Source of the DNA: Eledone cirrhosa
Lineage: Eukaryota
Assembly: GCA_964016885.1 (NCBI GenBank)
Contig: OZ024758.1
Span: 29,884,001 to 29,948,000, forward strand
Direction: 5' to 3'
Length of the DNA: 64,000 bases
The notes under the pieces were generated by a model. That model ran no database searches. It was not told the origin of the DNA and worked only from the letters and a program-made list of their open reading frames with translations. Of the stretch, positions 10,655-22,317 are shown piece by piece (the stretch's first letter is position 1; the number at the start of each line of letters is the position of its first letter). The position numbers were made by a program, and so were the translations under genes.

Positions 10655-12397
10655 ATGGACGGAATTTTCACATCTCATCCTAACGTGAAAGCCACGCCCC
10701 CTAAGAAAGGTGATACAGAGAAGCTAGAAGCACAAGGCTCTAAGTCTTCCCTCCTCACTTCTGCAAAAGAAACATGGAACACGGAATTAAAAGAAAAATT
10801 TGTAGAAATGGGTGAAAACCCAGAAAGTCACATAAACGCAGACAAAAACATCAATGACAATAACAGCAATAGTCACAACACCAACCAAGGAAAAAATAAC
10901 GATAACACCAAACAAAGTGAACCCACTACTGGTACCTCCTTTGCACAGGCGGTCCGGAAAACACAAACCTGCAAGCAACTGGACATTACAACTCTGAGAG
11001 AAAAGATGAAGGAAGCGAAACAGTATGTAACTTTCAAAGAAGGAGGAGACTTCACAATCACCTCCCCACAAGAAATCAAAAGAGACACGACGCTAAGAAC
11101 GATATCTTTCAGAACAATTTCCAACATAACAAGGAAACCAACTCAATTATCCCAAAAAGAGATTGAGCTGGTCCTAAAAAATGTGTGGAGTGATATATCG
11201 TTCATACAAAAAGGGCCACTCTATGGGAATATAACGGTCCTAATGAAGGATCAATTGACGGCCAGGAAATACTCTGTGGCACCAATTGTTTCCAAGATAT
11301 ATACATTTTTCCCCACATATTTAGGGAAAAGAACGCAGAAGATAAGGGTCTCCGGAATCCGGCCAAATGCATGCATTTCCTGGGTACTAACAGGATTTTT
11401 AGAAGACGAGGACGGAATCCTCTCAGTAGGAGAAGTCACCACAGACGTTTTCGGCGGTTTGAGCGTGGAGGTTCTGGTCCAAATGAGACCAGAACGAATC
11501 GCTAGAATACCACAGAGGGTGTCCCTCGATGGAGAAACATTTATATATATTTCAGCCGAGGGTAGGAGGCCCATATGTTACTACTGTTCAAGCAGGGGTC
11601 ATCTAAGGGCTGCTTGTCCTCAATTGACAAAAAAAAAGGCTCTTTTGCCTACACCCCACACACCACCACCGCCACCACCACCACCACCACCACCTCCACC
11701 ACCACCACCACAACAACAACAAAAACAACAGGGAAAAATAACACAAGACACGGCCCCACCCAAAACAACTCCCAAAACACACACAAATACAACAAAACCC
11801 CAAAATACACCACTACCCGACAGCACGGACGAGGACCCAGCGGAAACGGCACCTAGTGACGAAGAGGGGGAACCCTTCCAACCTGTAAAAAGGAAAAAAA
11901 GAAAGCACCACTCGAACATAAACGAAACAAACACACAACCACCAACAAAAACAAAACAAACAGAACAAACAAAATCCGCCCCACCCCAAAACATAACACA
12001 TACAACAAAACGTAAGCACACACAAGAACAACAAACAAACACAACACAAATAAAACAGTATACATACATTAACACAAATAACAAAGAACTAGTAAAAACA
12101 ATACACAAAGACCCTTTGGTGGAAACTGAAGGGCAATTCTTTGCAAGCGCGGCCAACAAACCGCATTTAAAAATGATAAGACTCCCAATGGACACCTATG
12201 CAAAACTAAGAGAGAACTTTCCTGAGGACGTGGGGAAAACATGTACTCGACCCTATAACCGCGTCCTCTTGAAACGTTTCCCCACCCACACCTCACCAAA
12301 CACCCCCACTCCACCACAGAACAACACCCCACCAAACAACCCCTCCAATACGCCCATGGATATTGTGCAACCTGCTCCTCAGGAGCCGAACAGGTAG
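10655..12397 (+). CDS. Tx1 ORF1 nucleic-acid-binding protein (about 580 aa) with CCHC zinc knuckle and Pro/Gln/Thr-rich tail
   Basis: First ATG at 10655 (MDGIFTSH). CYYCSSRGHLRAAC fits CX2CX4HX4C. Basic cluster KRKKRK. Stop lies 21 nt before the ORF2 ATG. Confidence 0.9.
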   Translation: MDGIFTSHPNVKATPPKKGDTEKLEAQGSKSSLLTSAKETWNTELKEKFVEMGENPESHINADKNINDNNSNSHNTNQGKNNDNTKQSEPTTGTSFAQAVRKTQTCKQLDITTLREKMKEAKQYVTFKEGGDFTITSPQEIKRDTTLRTISFRTISNITRKPTQLSQKEIELVLKNVWSDISFIQKGPLYGNITVLMKDQLTARKYSVAPIVSKIYTFFPTYLGKRTQKIRVSGIRPNACISWVLTGFLEDEDGILSVGEVTTDVFGGLSVEVLVQMRPERIARIPQRVSLDGETFIYISAEGRRPICYYCSSRGHLRAACPQLTKKKALLPTPHTPPPPPPPPPPPPPPPPQQQQKQQGKITQDTAPPKTTPKTHTNTTKPQNTPLPDSTDEDPAETAPSDEEGEPFQPVKRKKRKHHSNINETNTQPPTKTKQTEQTKSAPPQNITHTTKRKHTQEQQTNTTQIKQYTYINTNNKELVKTIHKDPLVETEGQFFASAANKPHLKMIRLPMDTYAKLRENFPEDVGKTCTRPYNRVLLKRFPTHTSPNTPTPPQNNTPPNNPSNTPMDIVQPAPQEPNR

Positions 12398-12418
12398 GTC
12401 CTTCCTCTTTTAACCAAC

Positions 12419-15400
12419 ATGGCTGATATAAGAGTTGGGTTTCTGAATGTACGTGGCCTGGGACTGTCTTGGAAACAAGGCAAACTTTTAAACGATCTCA
12501 GGTCACATAGAATGGATGTAATGGCTATTTGCGAGTCCAGGATCAGCAGCGAGCACCAACTGGCGCCCCTCTTCGACGACTTTGAGATCTTCGCATCTCT
12601 CTGTCAACCGGGGGGTGGGGGTGGAGTTGTCGTTCTGCTGCGAAAACACCTGGGCCTCGCCATACAGAAGGTGCACCTGGACCCGGAGGGTCGACTGGTG
12701 GTTTTAGACGTCGGCAGTAGTGAAAGTGGAGCCCTTAGACTAATAGCTGTGTACGCCCCTTTTTGGGCAGCGCGGCCGGAATACTTCCAACGTCTGGAAA
12801 CTTTTCTGGGAACGTCCCGCTCCTTGCTTTTAGTGGGGGACTGGAATGGTATCCTGGATGCACGTTGGGACTATGTAGGGGCATGTGCCAATAGAGGGGG
12901 GTGTAAAAGCCTCAAAAGGTTAATCGGCCGATTTGACCTGGCCGATAGATATCGACTAGATTTTCCGACTGTACCACTATGGACGTGGACCAATCGCAGT
13001 GGAACATCTAGGTCGTACCTAGATAGGGTCCTAGTTAGAGAGAACGATAGGGACACATTTAGCTGTCCAAAAATGTTCATGGTTGACTATTCGGATCACA
13101 AGTTAGTGACCTGCATAGCCAACCTTGATAGAACCCATAGACAGGGACCCGGTTACTGGAAGCTGAACTTGTCCTTACCGAGAAGCAAAGCTTACAGTAA
13201 ACGGATTAGCACGTTAGTTAAGCAGAATTTGACAGGGGCAATTGTCAACAACAGGTGGTGGAGCTCTCTTAAGAGAGCAATTAGAATAGAATCGATAGGT
13301 TTTAGTCAGGAATTAGCAAGGGATAGGAACAAGACGGAAAGGGAATTAGTAGATAGAGTAGAAGAGGCGATTAGGAGTGGCAATGTAGCCGGCGTGCTGG
13401 CATCAAGAATGGCCTTAGACCAGTTCTTTGAGGTGAAGCATGAAGGCTGCGTTGTCAGGAGTAAAATACGTGCTCTGGGTAATGAGGGAGCCAAAGCTGT
13501 AAGCTGGGCCCGAGTGACAGAGGCAAAAAGTGGGAACAAGTCCACGATTCGGTCTTTGAAGGACCAGGATGGGCGTGTGATCCTTGAACCTGGGCAGATG
13601 TGTGCGGCCTTTCAGCGGCACTTTGCACGACTGTTCGAGAGGGGCGGCGCGCCGGGTGAGACTATGGATTTCAATCCATACCTCGACGGTCTGCCGCGCC
13701 TCTCGGACGCGGAGGCGAAGTCCTGCGAAAGGACGATTTCAGCTGCTGAGATAGGGGCGGCGCTGAGCCAATGCGGCAAACGCAAATCCCCGGGTCTCGA
13801 TGGTCTACCATACGAGCTATATGTAGCGATGCCGGACTTGTTCTCCGATATCCTCGAAGCGGTCTACTGCAACTGGCAGCAGAACGGGAGAATTCCCAGT
13901 TCTGTGACCAAGGGCGTAGTTACGCTGGTGAGGAAGGATGAGAACAAGGGGGATGACATAAGTAACTTCAGGCCCATAACTCTGCTAAATACAGAGTTAA
14001 AGATTTTGGCCAAGGTGTTAGCGAAGAGGTTGGCGCTTGTCGTTGGAAACCTGGTGGGAGAAGCGCAGACATGCGCAATCCCGTCCAGGTCCATTCACGA
14101 CAATCTCCACCTTATGCGATACATCATAGAGAGGGTAGGGAATGAACCCGGCTTTGGTGGGGCCCTGATCAACTTGGATCAATCTAAAGCTTTCGATAGG
14201 GTTGACCATCGTTACCTGGATGCGGTGCTCGCGGCGGCAGGCTTCGGACCCGTTTTCAGGGGTTGGATTGCTGCGATGCACAGCAGCAACGTCTGCTCAA
14301 GGGTCAAGGTGAACGGCCACCTCTCGGAGCCGTTCCAAATCATGCGATCCATCCGACAGGGATGCCCTCTCTCCTCCCTACTGTATGTGCTGGCTCTTGA
14401 GCCACTACTGCGGAAGTTGGAGCGGTTGCAGGGCATCCCTTTGGAACCGGGATTGCAGAAAGCGGCGTCGGCCTACGCCGATGACGTGACAGTAATGGTG
14501 TCGAAAACCTCGCAAATCGGTGAGATCGGCACCTTACTGGAGGAATATGAAAGGTTTACAGGAGCCAAGCTGAACCGGGACAAGTCCGTCGGTTTGCAAC
14601 TCGGAACATGGAGAGGCAAACCGATGCCCTCCAACGACGTCGTCGGACGCTGGACGGAGGGCCCGGTGAAGCTGCTTGGGGTCTGGTTCGGACCAGACCT
14701 CCAGGTGGAGAAAAACTGGAACGAGGTAACGGCCAGGGTGTTTGCACTCACCCAGAAGTGGGCCCAGTGCAAACTATCCCTGAAAGGTCGAGCGGAGGTG
14801 GCGAATACTTATATAGCATCCGTCATCTACTACCGCTTGACCGTCGTGCCTTGCCCAGTGAAAAGACTCGCCAAAATGGAGTGCGCGCTGTTCCAATTTC
14901 TTTGGAACAAGCGGACCCCTTTGGTGAGGAGATCCATCTGCTGTCAACACCCTTCGAAAGGAGGGCTGGGGATGCCGTGGCTACAGATGCGTAAACACGC
15001 ATTAAGGCTACGGCACCTCCAGGTATTCCTCACCGGTCAACCGGTGTGGGCCCCGTTTGTGAGGCGAGCCTTTCCCAGACTCGTCTCGCTCACCGAGCTG
15101 CAATCCTGGGTCAAGCAAAGACCGAGAAAAGTGGGCGACTGGCACATTGAATGTGCCCAGGCGCTCACGGCCCTCTGGAAAGCGGACCCGGCAATCAGTG
15201 GAGACTCCACCTCGACATTCTATAGAGGGTTGGTACGCAGCAGGTGCGACGATGCTCTCGGAGAAGCTCTAGGCATGGAGGAAGATGAACTGGCCAGTCT
15301 GTTCGGTAGGACGTTTGGCCCTGGACCGATGGACAACTTCCAAAAGTCCCTGGCTTGGCAGTGCTACCGAGGGGCTCTACCCGTTCGAGACAAGCTCCAC

Positions 15401-15856
15401 AGGCATGGGAGCCTGGGTAGAGATCCTTTGAATAAGATCTGTCCGAGATGCGTGCATGATGACGAAACCGTTGCGCACGCATTCGTACACTGCCCAGGCA
15501 TTGCTGACCTGTGGGGCTATGTGGAACGACTACTGTCGAGGGTGGGACCAATCCGGTTGACCACCGAGTCCATTGTCACGATCAAACCGCCTCCCCCTTT
15601 CAAAAACGAAGGAGAGGCGGTTTTTCTCTGTGTGGTAGCCATGGCTAAAGAAGTTGTATGGTGGACGAGGCTGAAAGGGCTGAGGTCAGACACCTTTCTC
15701 TCCGGCCAACAACTGGTCCCCTTTTTCAAATACCATTTTAAAAGAAGGATCAGAATGGAGAGAGAGGTGCTCTACCCCAGCAAGTTTTATGAAAGGTGGG
15801 TGAAAGTAGGGAGAATGGCCAGAGTGAATGGGTCTTCTCTCTATATCAGCCTGTAG
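12419..15856 (+). CDS. Tx1 ORF2: AP endonuclease, reverse transcriptase and zinc finger (1145 aa)
   Basis: Protein matches that of 5838-9275. Confidence 0.96.
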   Translation: MADIRVGFLNVRGLGLSWKQGKLLNDLRSHRMDVMAICESRISSEHQLAPLFDDFEIFASLCQPGGGGGVVVLLRKHLGLAIQKVHLDPEGRLVVLDVGSSESGALRLIAVYAPFWAARPEYFQRLETFLGTSRSLLLVGDWNGILDARWDYVGACANRGGCKSLKRLIGRFDLADRYRLDFPTVPLWTWTNRSGTSRSYLDRVLVRENDRDTFSCPKMFMVDYSDHKLVTCIANLDRTHRQGPGYWKLNLSLPRSKAYSKRISTLVKQNLTGAIVNNRWWSSLKRAIRIESIGFSQELARDRNKTERELVDRVEEAIRSGNVAGVLASRMALDQFFEVKHEGCVVRSKIRALGNEGAKAVSWARVTEAKSGNKSTIRSLKDQDGRVILEPGQMCAAFQRHFARLFERGGAPGETMDFNPYLDGLPRLSDAEAKSCERTISAAEIGAALSQCGKRKSPGLDGLPYELYVAMPDLFSDILEAVYCNWQQNGRIPSSVTKGVVTLVRKDENKGDDISNFRPITLLNTELKILAKVLAKRLALVVGNLVGEAQTCAIPSRSIHDNLHLMRYIIERVGNEPGFGGALINLDQSKAFDRVDHRYLDAVLAAAGFGPVFRGWIAAMHSSNVCSRVKVNGHLSEPFQIMRSIRQGCPLSSLLYVLALEPLLRKLERLQGIPLEPGLQKAASAYADDVTVMVSKTSQIGEIGTLLEEYERFTGAKLNRDKSVGLQLGTWRGKPMPSNDVVGRWTEGPVKLLGVWFGPDLQVEKNWNEVTARVFALTQKWAQCKLSLKGRAEVANTYIASVIYYRLTVVPCPVKRLAKMECALFQFLWNKRTPLVRRSICCQHPSKGGLGMPWLQMRKHALRLRHLQVFLTGQPVWAPFVRRAFPRLVSLTELQSWVKQRPRKVGDWHIECAQALTALWKADPAISGDSTSTFYRGLVRSRCDDALGEALGMEEDELASLFGRTFGPGPMDNFQKSLAWQCYRGALPVRDKLHRHGSLGRDPLNKICPRCVHDDETVAHAFVHCPGIADLWGYVERLLSRVGPIRLTTESIVTIKPPPPFKNEGEAVFLCVVAMAKEVVWWTRLKGLRSDTFLSGQQLVPFFKYHFKRRIRMEREVLYPSKFYERWVKVGRMARVNGSSLYISL

Positions 15857-16093
15857 GTGAAAGAAGAGGAAAAAGCGGAGACGAGGGAAGCACCTACTCT
15901 TTGTGCTCCTGAGGAGAAGGGTTACACATTTTTTCCGGGGTGTGTGCGACCCATGTTAATGCCCCCTCCCTATTGAGGACTTCGTTTGTTGTTGTTATTT
16001 CATTGTTATATTTTTGTACTCGTTAATTATATGTAAACTTCCCCCCTTGTATCTGTCCCTACCTTTTGTGCCCTAGTGGCAAATAAAGAAACC

Positions 16094-16697
16094 ACTCTAT
16101 ATATACTATTGTATTGTCACAGTAAAGGCTTTACCTTACATAATATCTCACTTAACATTTACATTACTCTATATATACTATTGTATTGTCACAGTAAAGG
16201 CTTTACCTTACATAATATCTCACATAACATTTACATTACTCTATATATACTATTGTATTTTCACAGTAAAGGCTTTACCTTACATAATATCTCATAACAT
16301 TTACATTACTCTATATATACTATTGTATTGTCACAGTAAAGGCTTTACCTTACATAATATCTCACATAACATTTACATTACTCTATATATACTATTGTAT
16401 TGTCACAGTAAAGGCTTTACCTTACATAATATCTCACATAACATTTACATTACTCTATATATACTATTGTATTGTCACAGTAAAGGCTTTACCTCACATA
16501 ATATCTCACATAACATTTACATTACTCTATATATACTATTGTATTGTCACAGTAAAGGCTTTACCTTACATAATATCTCACATAACATTTACATTACTCT
16601 ATATATACTATTGTATTTTCACAGTAAAGGCTTTACCTCACATAATATCTCACATAACATTTACATTACTCTATATATACTATTGTATTTTCACAGT
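16094..16697 (+). repeat. 72-bp tandem array (about 8 units), right part; MITE right end absent
   Basis: Same unit. Terminal units carry the TTTTCAC/CCTCAC variants. Confidence 0.93.
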
Positions 16698-16888
16698 CTA
16701 TGTAATGTGAAACCACTGGTCTATGTAAAGTGAAACCACTGGTCTATGTAATGTGCAGCCACTGGTCTATGTAAAGTGAAACTGGTCTATGTGAAGTGAA
16801 GCCACTGGTCTATGTAATGTGAAACTGGTCTATGTGAACTGATACCACCTGTCTATGTAATGTGAAACTGGTCTATGTGAAGTGAAAT
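16696..16888. repeat. 20-23-bp minisatellite (GGTCTATGTAATGTGAAACCACT)
   Basis: About 9 visible imperfect copies abutting the 72-bp array. Confidence 0.85.
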
Positions 16889-17095
16889 TGTTCTAGCTGA
16901 ATTGATATGTTGAGAGTTTACTTCTTACTCTATTATATTCACCAAATGGAAAAAGAAAAAAAAAACTCCTTTGAAGATTCATTCTTCTTGTGTATATAAT
17001 ATCATCATCATCATCAACTTCCATTTTTCCACACTGCATGTTACACAATGATGATGATAGTGATATCATACATGCAGGATATATATATATATATA

Positions 17096-17603
17096 TCATC
17101 ATCATCATTTTACGTCCACTTTTCCCTGCTTGCAAGGGTGGGATGGGTCCTATTCAGCAGAACATCTCTCCACTTGTCACGGTCCTTCGTCATCTCCTCC
17201 GTGAGCTTCAGCGATCTGAGGTCTGCTCTCACCACCTCTGCCCATGTTTTTTGTGGTCTTCCTCTACTGCGTCTTCCTTCTACTGGGATTTCTTGGCACT
17301 TCTTTACCCAGCGGTCATCCTCCATGCACATCACATGTCCATACCATCTCAGCCTTCTCACCTGCACACCACAACTTATCCCTCTTATACCCAGTTTCTT
17401 TCTCAACTCGTCTATGCTTTGTCGTTCACGCACATTGACATTACACATCCAACGGAGCATACTTGCTTCATTTCTCTCCAGCCGTCGCATATCCTTTGCA
17501 GTTGCTGCCCATGTCAGCATCGCGCATCAGCATCATATAACCGTCCTTTCGTACGCAGGGAGAAACCCTTCTTTGTCAACAGAGGGAGCAGCTCCCTAAA
17601 CTT
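17096..17603 (-). mobile_element. RTE-clade LINE 3' fragment (family B), (GAT)n tail
   Basis: [15 protein letters not shown]...RRLRWYGHV...RGRPQKTW followed by the tail. Confidence 0.9.
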
Positions 17604-17765
17604 TTAGCGTATTTGTAAGATCCTTAATTATATGTTCCTCTGTATTTATTGTGAAAGCTGGAACCCAGACATTGAATAGACTGATTGTTCTGTAACAAAA
17701 AAGCTTTTTATATAAATTCTTTTGTTTTTAGTGTCCTCATCATCATTTAATGTCTGTTATATATA

Positions 17766-20150
17766 TCTAATATATATTTGTGAAATGTGTGGTGGTTGAA
17801 ATTCAGTTGTGCACGGTTAAATGGTAGTAGACGTGGTCGGACGGACATGAAAATTTACACACCTATGTAAAAAGTGCCAAGGAAGCAAATAGACAAGGTT
17901 TCAAATCTCTAACTTGAAAAATGTGGTCCCTAGGGCCCCAAAACGGTCTATTTACTATTGCTTTCGGTGAGTTATTTCCCCCTGTTCTAATACTTCGATG
18001 AGTTATTTTCCGTAGTCGCTTTCAATATTCATTATCTTATTTACAATTTCATACAAATTTTTAAACTCATCAGTTTTTTCATAACATATCAAACACAACG
18101 TTCTTTCGCTGTTAACATACAGTACCATTTTATGAAATCGATTCTGCAGTACCATTTTACGAAATGCCAAACCGAAAACGGTCACTGTTTTCCATCAAAA
18201 GAAATAAAACCCTTAAATTGCGAAGAAGGGACGCGTGTTCTCAGGTACGTTTTTTCCGATATCATTTTTATTTTAATTCTAATACATGTTAACCACCACT
18301 AACAGTAAGTAGTATTTTTCAAAGTCAAATGAAAAGTTTAAAGAATACATGCATGTAAACTTAATGAATGGGATCTATAAGCCGTTTGGTTGCCGAGTTA
18401 ATTAATTCAGTTTTTTTAAAAATATTCATTGTCTTATTTCAAATAACATATCAAAGACAATGTTATTTCGCTGTTAATAAACTGTTGCCTTCTACAGTAC
18501 GTTTCATTTTCATTTTTCAATTACAGTTGCTCTATATTAAATTTAAATACTTCTATAACGATCATACAGTACTGTTTTATGAAATCGATTCTGCAGTAGA
18601 ATTTTACGAAATGCCAAACCGAAAAAGGTCACTGTTTTCTAACAAAAGAAATAAAACCCTTACATTGCGAACCCCCTGTTCTAATACTGGGGTTAGTTAT
18701 TTCCCCCTCTTCTAATAAACGTCTAATATATAGAGGCCCCTCTTGCTGACCAGGGCAATCAAAGTGTAAACTATCATACAAACCTTCATAATCTGCATTT
18801 TTAAACTTGCATATCATCGACATTGCTATTTCGCTGTTAATATACCTGCAGAATAAATCGTGGACACTCTAAAGAATACCTTCTCTCTGAGTGCTGTTTA
18901 ATCATTTGGGACGAGGCTACAATGAGTCACAAGGCAGCGTTTGAGGCTCTAGACCGAACTCTCAAGGACTTGCGTCGAAATTCACACGTAATGGGTGGAG
19001 CGACAGTACTGATGGCTGGCGATTTTCGGCAGACTCTTCCTGTAATCACTAGAGGCACTAGAGCTGACAAAGTTAACGCATGCATCAAGTCTTCCTACCT
19101 ATGTCCAGAAACTAAACCTGACTACTAACATGAGAGTGCATGTGCATGGCGATGCAGAATCTGAGGATTTCTCAAAACAGCTACTGGAAGTTGGTAATGG
19201 AACTACACCTGGAATCGATGAACAGCACATCCGTCTGCCGTTTGGAAACTTTGTATCAAGCATAGAGGAATTAATGTCATCTGTTTTCCCCGACCTCGAC
19301 GCACGATTCCTTGATCACAACTGGCTGCAAGGGAGAGCTATTTTAGCATCACATAATGCCACCATTGACGCAATGAATCAACACCTGCTTGATCAGATTC
19401 CAGGAGGTGAAGTCTCCTTCAAGTCAATTGACACCAACAAAAACGCGGACGACGCCGTCAACTATCCGATTGAATTCCTCAACAGTCAACAACCTCCCGG
19501 ACTTCCACCTCATGACCTTAGACTGAAGGTTGGTGTTCCAGTTATGCTGCTAAGAAACGTGGAACCACCAGAACTATGCAACGGGACGCGTCTGATCATC
19601 AAAAAAATTGGGACACGAATTCTTACGACAAAAATTCTGAGCGGACCGTCTGCTGGCGGGACAAAGTTATTATCCCCCATAAGCCTTAGTCCCTCTGACG
19701 TCTCATTTGATTTTACGAGACGGCAGTTTCCCGTAAAACTCTTCTTTGCAATGAGTATCAACAAGGCACAGGGAGAGTCGCTGCGAGTAGTTGGCCTAAA
19801 TCTGACACAGCAGGTATTTACCCACCGTCAACTATACGTCGGGTGCTCACGCGTCAGCAGTCCACACAATCTCTACATTTGTGGTAATCCGGGTAATACC
19901 AGGAACGTTGTCTACAAAGAAGCACTGCAACAACACCTTTGAAGCTTCCGCCATACCTCTTCCGTCGCCACTCAACGTCTCTCAACACTTTTCACGTCAC
20001 TCCACTCCTCATTGTACGCCGTCCAGCCCCAACTGCATATTTCTATTTTTTTTCCTGATACTGCTTCTTTATAATAAACTTTCAATAATATTTTTCAAAT
20101 TATTAACTTAATAAAAAGTGGCCCCGGGTGCAACCGGGCTCAGCTGCTAG
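17766..20150 (+). mobile_element. Internally deleted Helitron
   Basis: A|TC start at 17766. 3' hairpin CCCGG-gtgcaa-CCGGG, then CTAG|T at 20147-20150. Contains a Pif1 helicase relic. Confidence 0.8.
18870..19942 (+). pseudogene. Pif1-family helicase C-terminal half of a Helitron RepHel, frameshifted near 19125
   Basis: IIWDEATMSHKAAFEALDRTL, GDFRQTLPV, CNGTRL, RRQFPVKL, INKAQG, QLYVGCSRV. Confidence 0.9.
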
Positions 20151-20351
20151 TATATATATATATATAATATACTTAAAATTATCTTTTATTATATATGTCC
20201 AACTTATGCAAGCTTGGTAAAGCAACCATAAAAACAATAATTATATATATATATATCTAGCTTTAATTATAGTCTATGTTATTATGTTATTTTATAAAAT
20301 AATACAGGGAAATATCTAATAAACATTGCACAATGTTTTTATAGATTCCTT

Positions 20352-20598
20352 GAAAATTTAGCAGCTAGAAATAGCTTTTTCCATATTTTTAACTAAAGTG
20401 ATTTTAGCCTGATAGTGGGTTTTAAAACCCTCTAAAAAAGGGAAAAGGATGAGCATTGATGTACAAGGGAGTTGAACCCACATCTTTGAACCAATACTCG
20501 GCCTTTTCCATTTTTTAAAGGGTTTTAAACTCCACTATCAGGCTAAAATTTCTTTAGTAAAAAATACGGCAAAAACTTCTATTTCTACTAAATTTCAA
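20352..20598. repeat. Fold-back inverted repeat (arms about 100 bp)
   Basis: ttttagcctgatagtgggttttaaaaccct is mirrored by agggttttaaactccactatcaggctaaaa. Confidence 0.8.
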
Positions 20599-20942
20599 AT
20601 TTCACTCGCTGTTCCAAAACAAACTTGTTTAACAACTAGATTTTTTATGCTCACCATTCACCTGACACTGAATTTCTATCACAAGAAGAGCAATCATTAT
20701 TTTTGTTTATCAAGCAAACAACTGTCTCTTAATAATGTATCAGAATTAACAAATGTCTGTAAGATTATTTGCTTTTGTATTATGATTAAATATCTAAAGT
20801 AACAGCTCTCTAAATAGTCAACTATGTTGACCTTATTCTTAGTAAAAAAATAATCAATACATATGTTTTTATACATCAAATCTTGCTTGCACACACACAC
20901 ATGCATTGATATACACACACACACACATACACTTATATGCTT

Positions 20943-21203
20943 ATGAGATGGTATGGCCATGTGATGCGCATGGATGATGACTGCTGGGTAAAGAAGTGCC
21001 AAGAAATCCCAGTAGGAGGAAGACGCAGTAGAGGAAGAACACGAAAAACATGGGCAGAGGTGGTGACAGCAGACCTCAGATTGTTGAAGCTCACAGAGGA
21101 GATGACGAAGGGCCGTGACAAGTGGAGAGATGCTGTGCTGAATAAGACCCGTCCCACCCTTGCAAGCAGGGAAAAGTGGACATAAAATGATGATGATGAT
21201 GAT
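20943..21203 (+). mobile_element. RTE family B 3' fragment
   Basis: RWYGHVMRM...[12 protein letters not shown] plus a (GAT)n tail. Confidence 0.9.
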
Positions 21204-22317
21204 ACACATATGTATGCATGCACACTTACATGCTCTGTATCTTTCAAAAAATATTTATTATATTTTTATATAACTAACAAGGATTTCTTTATTATTAACT
21301 AACAATAATTCCTTTATTAATGATAATAAGGATTCCTTTATTAATTAGAATTTTTTTCAACATGAATGATATATAAACTTTGAAGACCGTATGTAACTGA
21401 ATAATCAGAAAATGACAAAAATTTAGGTCCTATCTAGATATCATCTCTTCAACTATATTTAGTTATTTCTACTGATGCCTGCTTGCCTTCTTGTGTGACA
21501 TAAAAACAAACAAAATTAGTGGTGGATTTGAGAGAAGGTCTTAGTGATTCTTCTCTATAAATAACTGCATTGACTATAAAGAACCTCCATCCCCCACTAC
21601 ACACATACATGTACATCCTTATGAGATAACAATGCATTTGACATGACAATGATATTCCATTTCATTCTTTTGTTTAGTTTTTTATCCGTATATTAATAAT
21701 ATACATTCCTATTTTTTTGTAACCCCCTTCTCTCCATCACTTACTTATCTCGCTCATAATACAAAGGACTGCATACATGAATTCATACATGTTTATGTAA
21801 GATTGTTGTTGTTGTTGTTTTCTTCTGTCTCACTAATATTTCATACAAAGTTTGTATCACTATAATTGGTATTCATTACTTTGAAACTTGTACAACCCTA
21901 AGACCTCTTACCTAAGCTATGTTAAATAGGTCTCAGTTACTTGCCACTGACAAGCTGTATTATCTCTAACTAGTACTGTTTTAGGGAACAAACACATGTA
22001 GCATGAACATCTTTGTAATGTTTCAAAATGTCCTCTCTTTTTTTGTAACAAACTCTGAATAGAAGCAAAGTGTATCGTTTGACGGTTTTATTCTTATAAG
22101 TTTTGATTGAGAAATGCAGCTAGTTGCAATAAAAGCTAAAGGATCAATATTTGTGTTTTGTAATGCATTGTTTTTGACAAAGACACTTTTGATAGCTCAT
22201 TCTATGCAGCTGTATATGCAATAAGAAGCTATAAAGGTTACTGGCGTATACAGCTTGTTGGTATATGAGTATTCTGTTACTTTGGAATTTACTATCATCA
22301 TCATTATTATTATAGGC

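Larger units (their letters stand above)
10444..16093 (+). mobile_element. Tx1-clade non-LTR retrotransposon, copy 2, both ORFs intact
   Basis: Near-identical to copy 1, with the same 5' and 3' junctions. Confidence 0.93.

Noticed and set aside
3864-16093. Two independent site-specific insertions, or satellite blocks acting as LTRs
   Set aside because: The identical flanking variant pattern shows a DNA-level duplication. ORF2 is an APE-RT with no integrase or protease.
19130-19942. Host PIF1 helicase gene
   Set aside because: Intronless, N-terminally truncated, frameshifted and bounded by Helitron termini.
22120-22265. Protein-like segment IVFDKDTFDSSFYAAVYAIRSYKGYWRIQLV
   Set aside because: In-frame stop just upstream and no suitable acceptor, so it cannot be supported as an exon.
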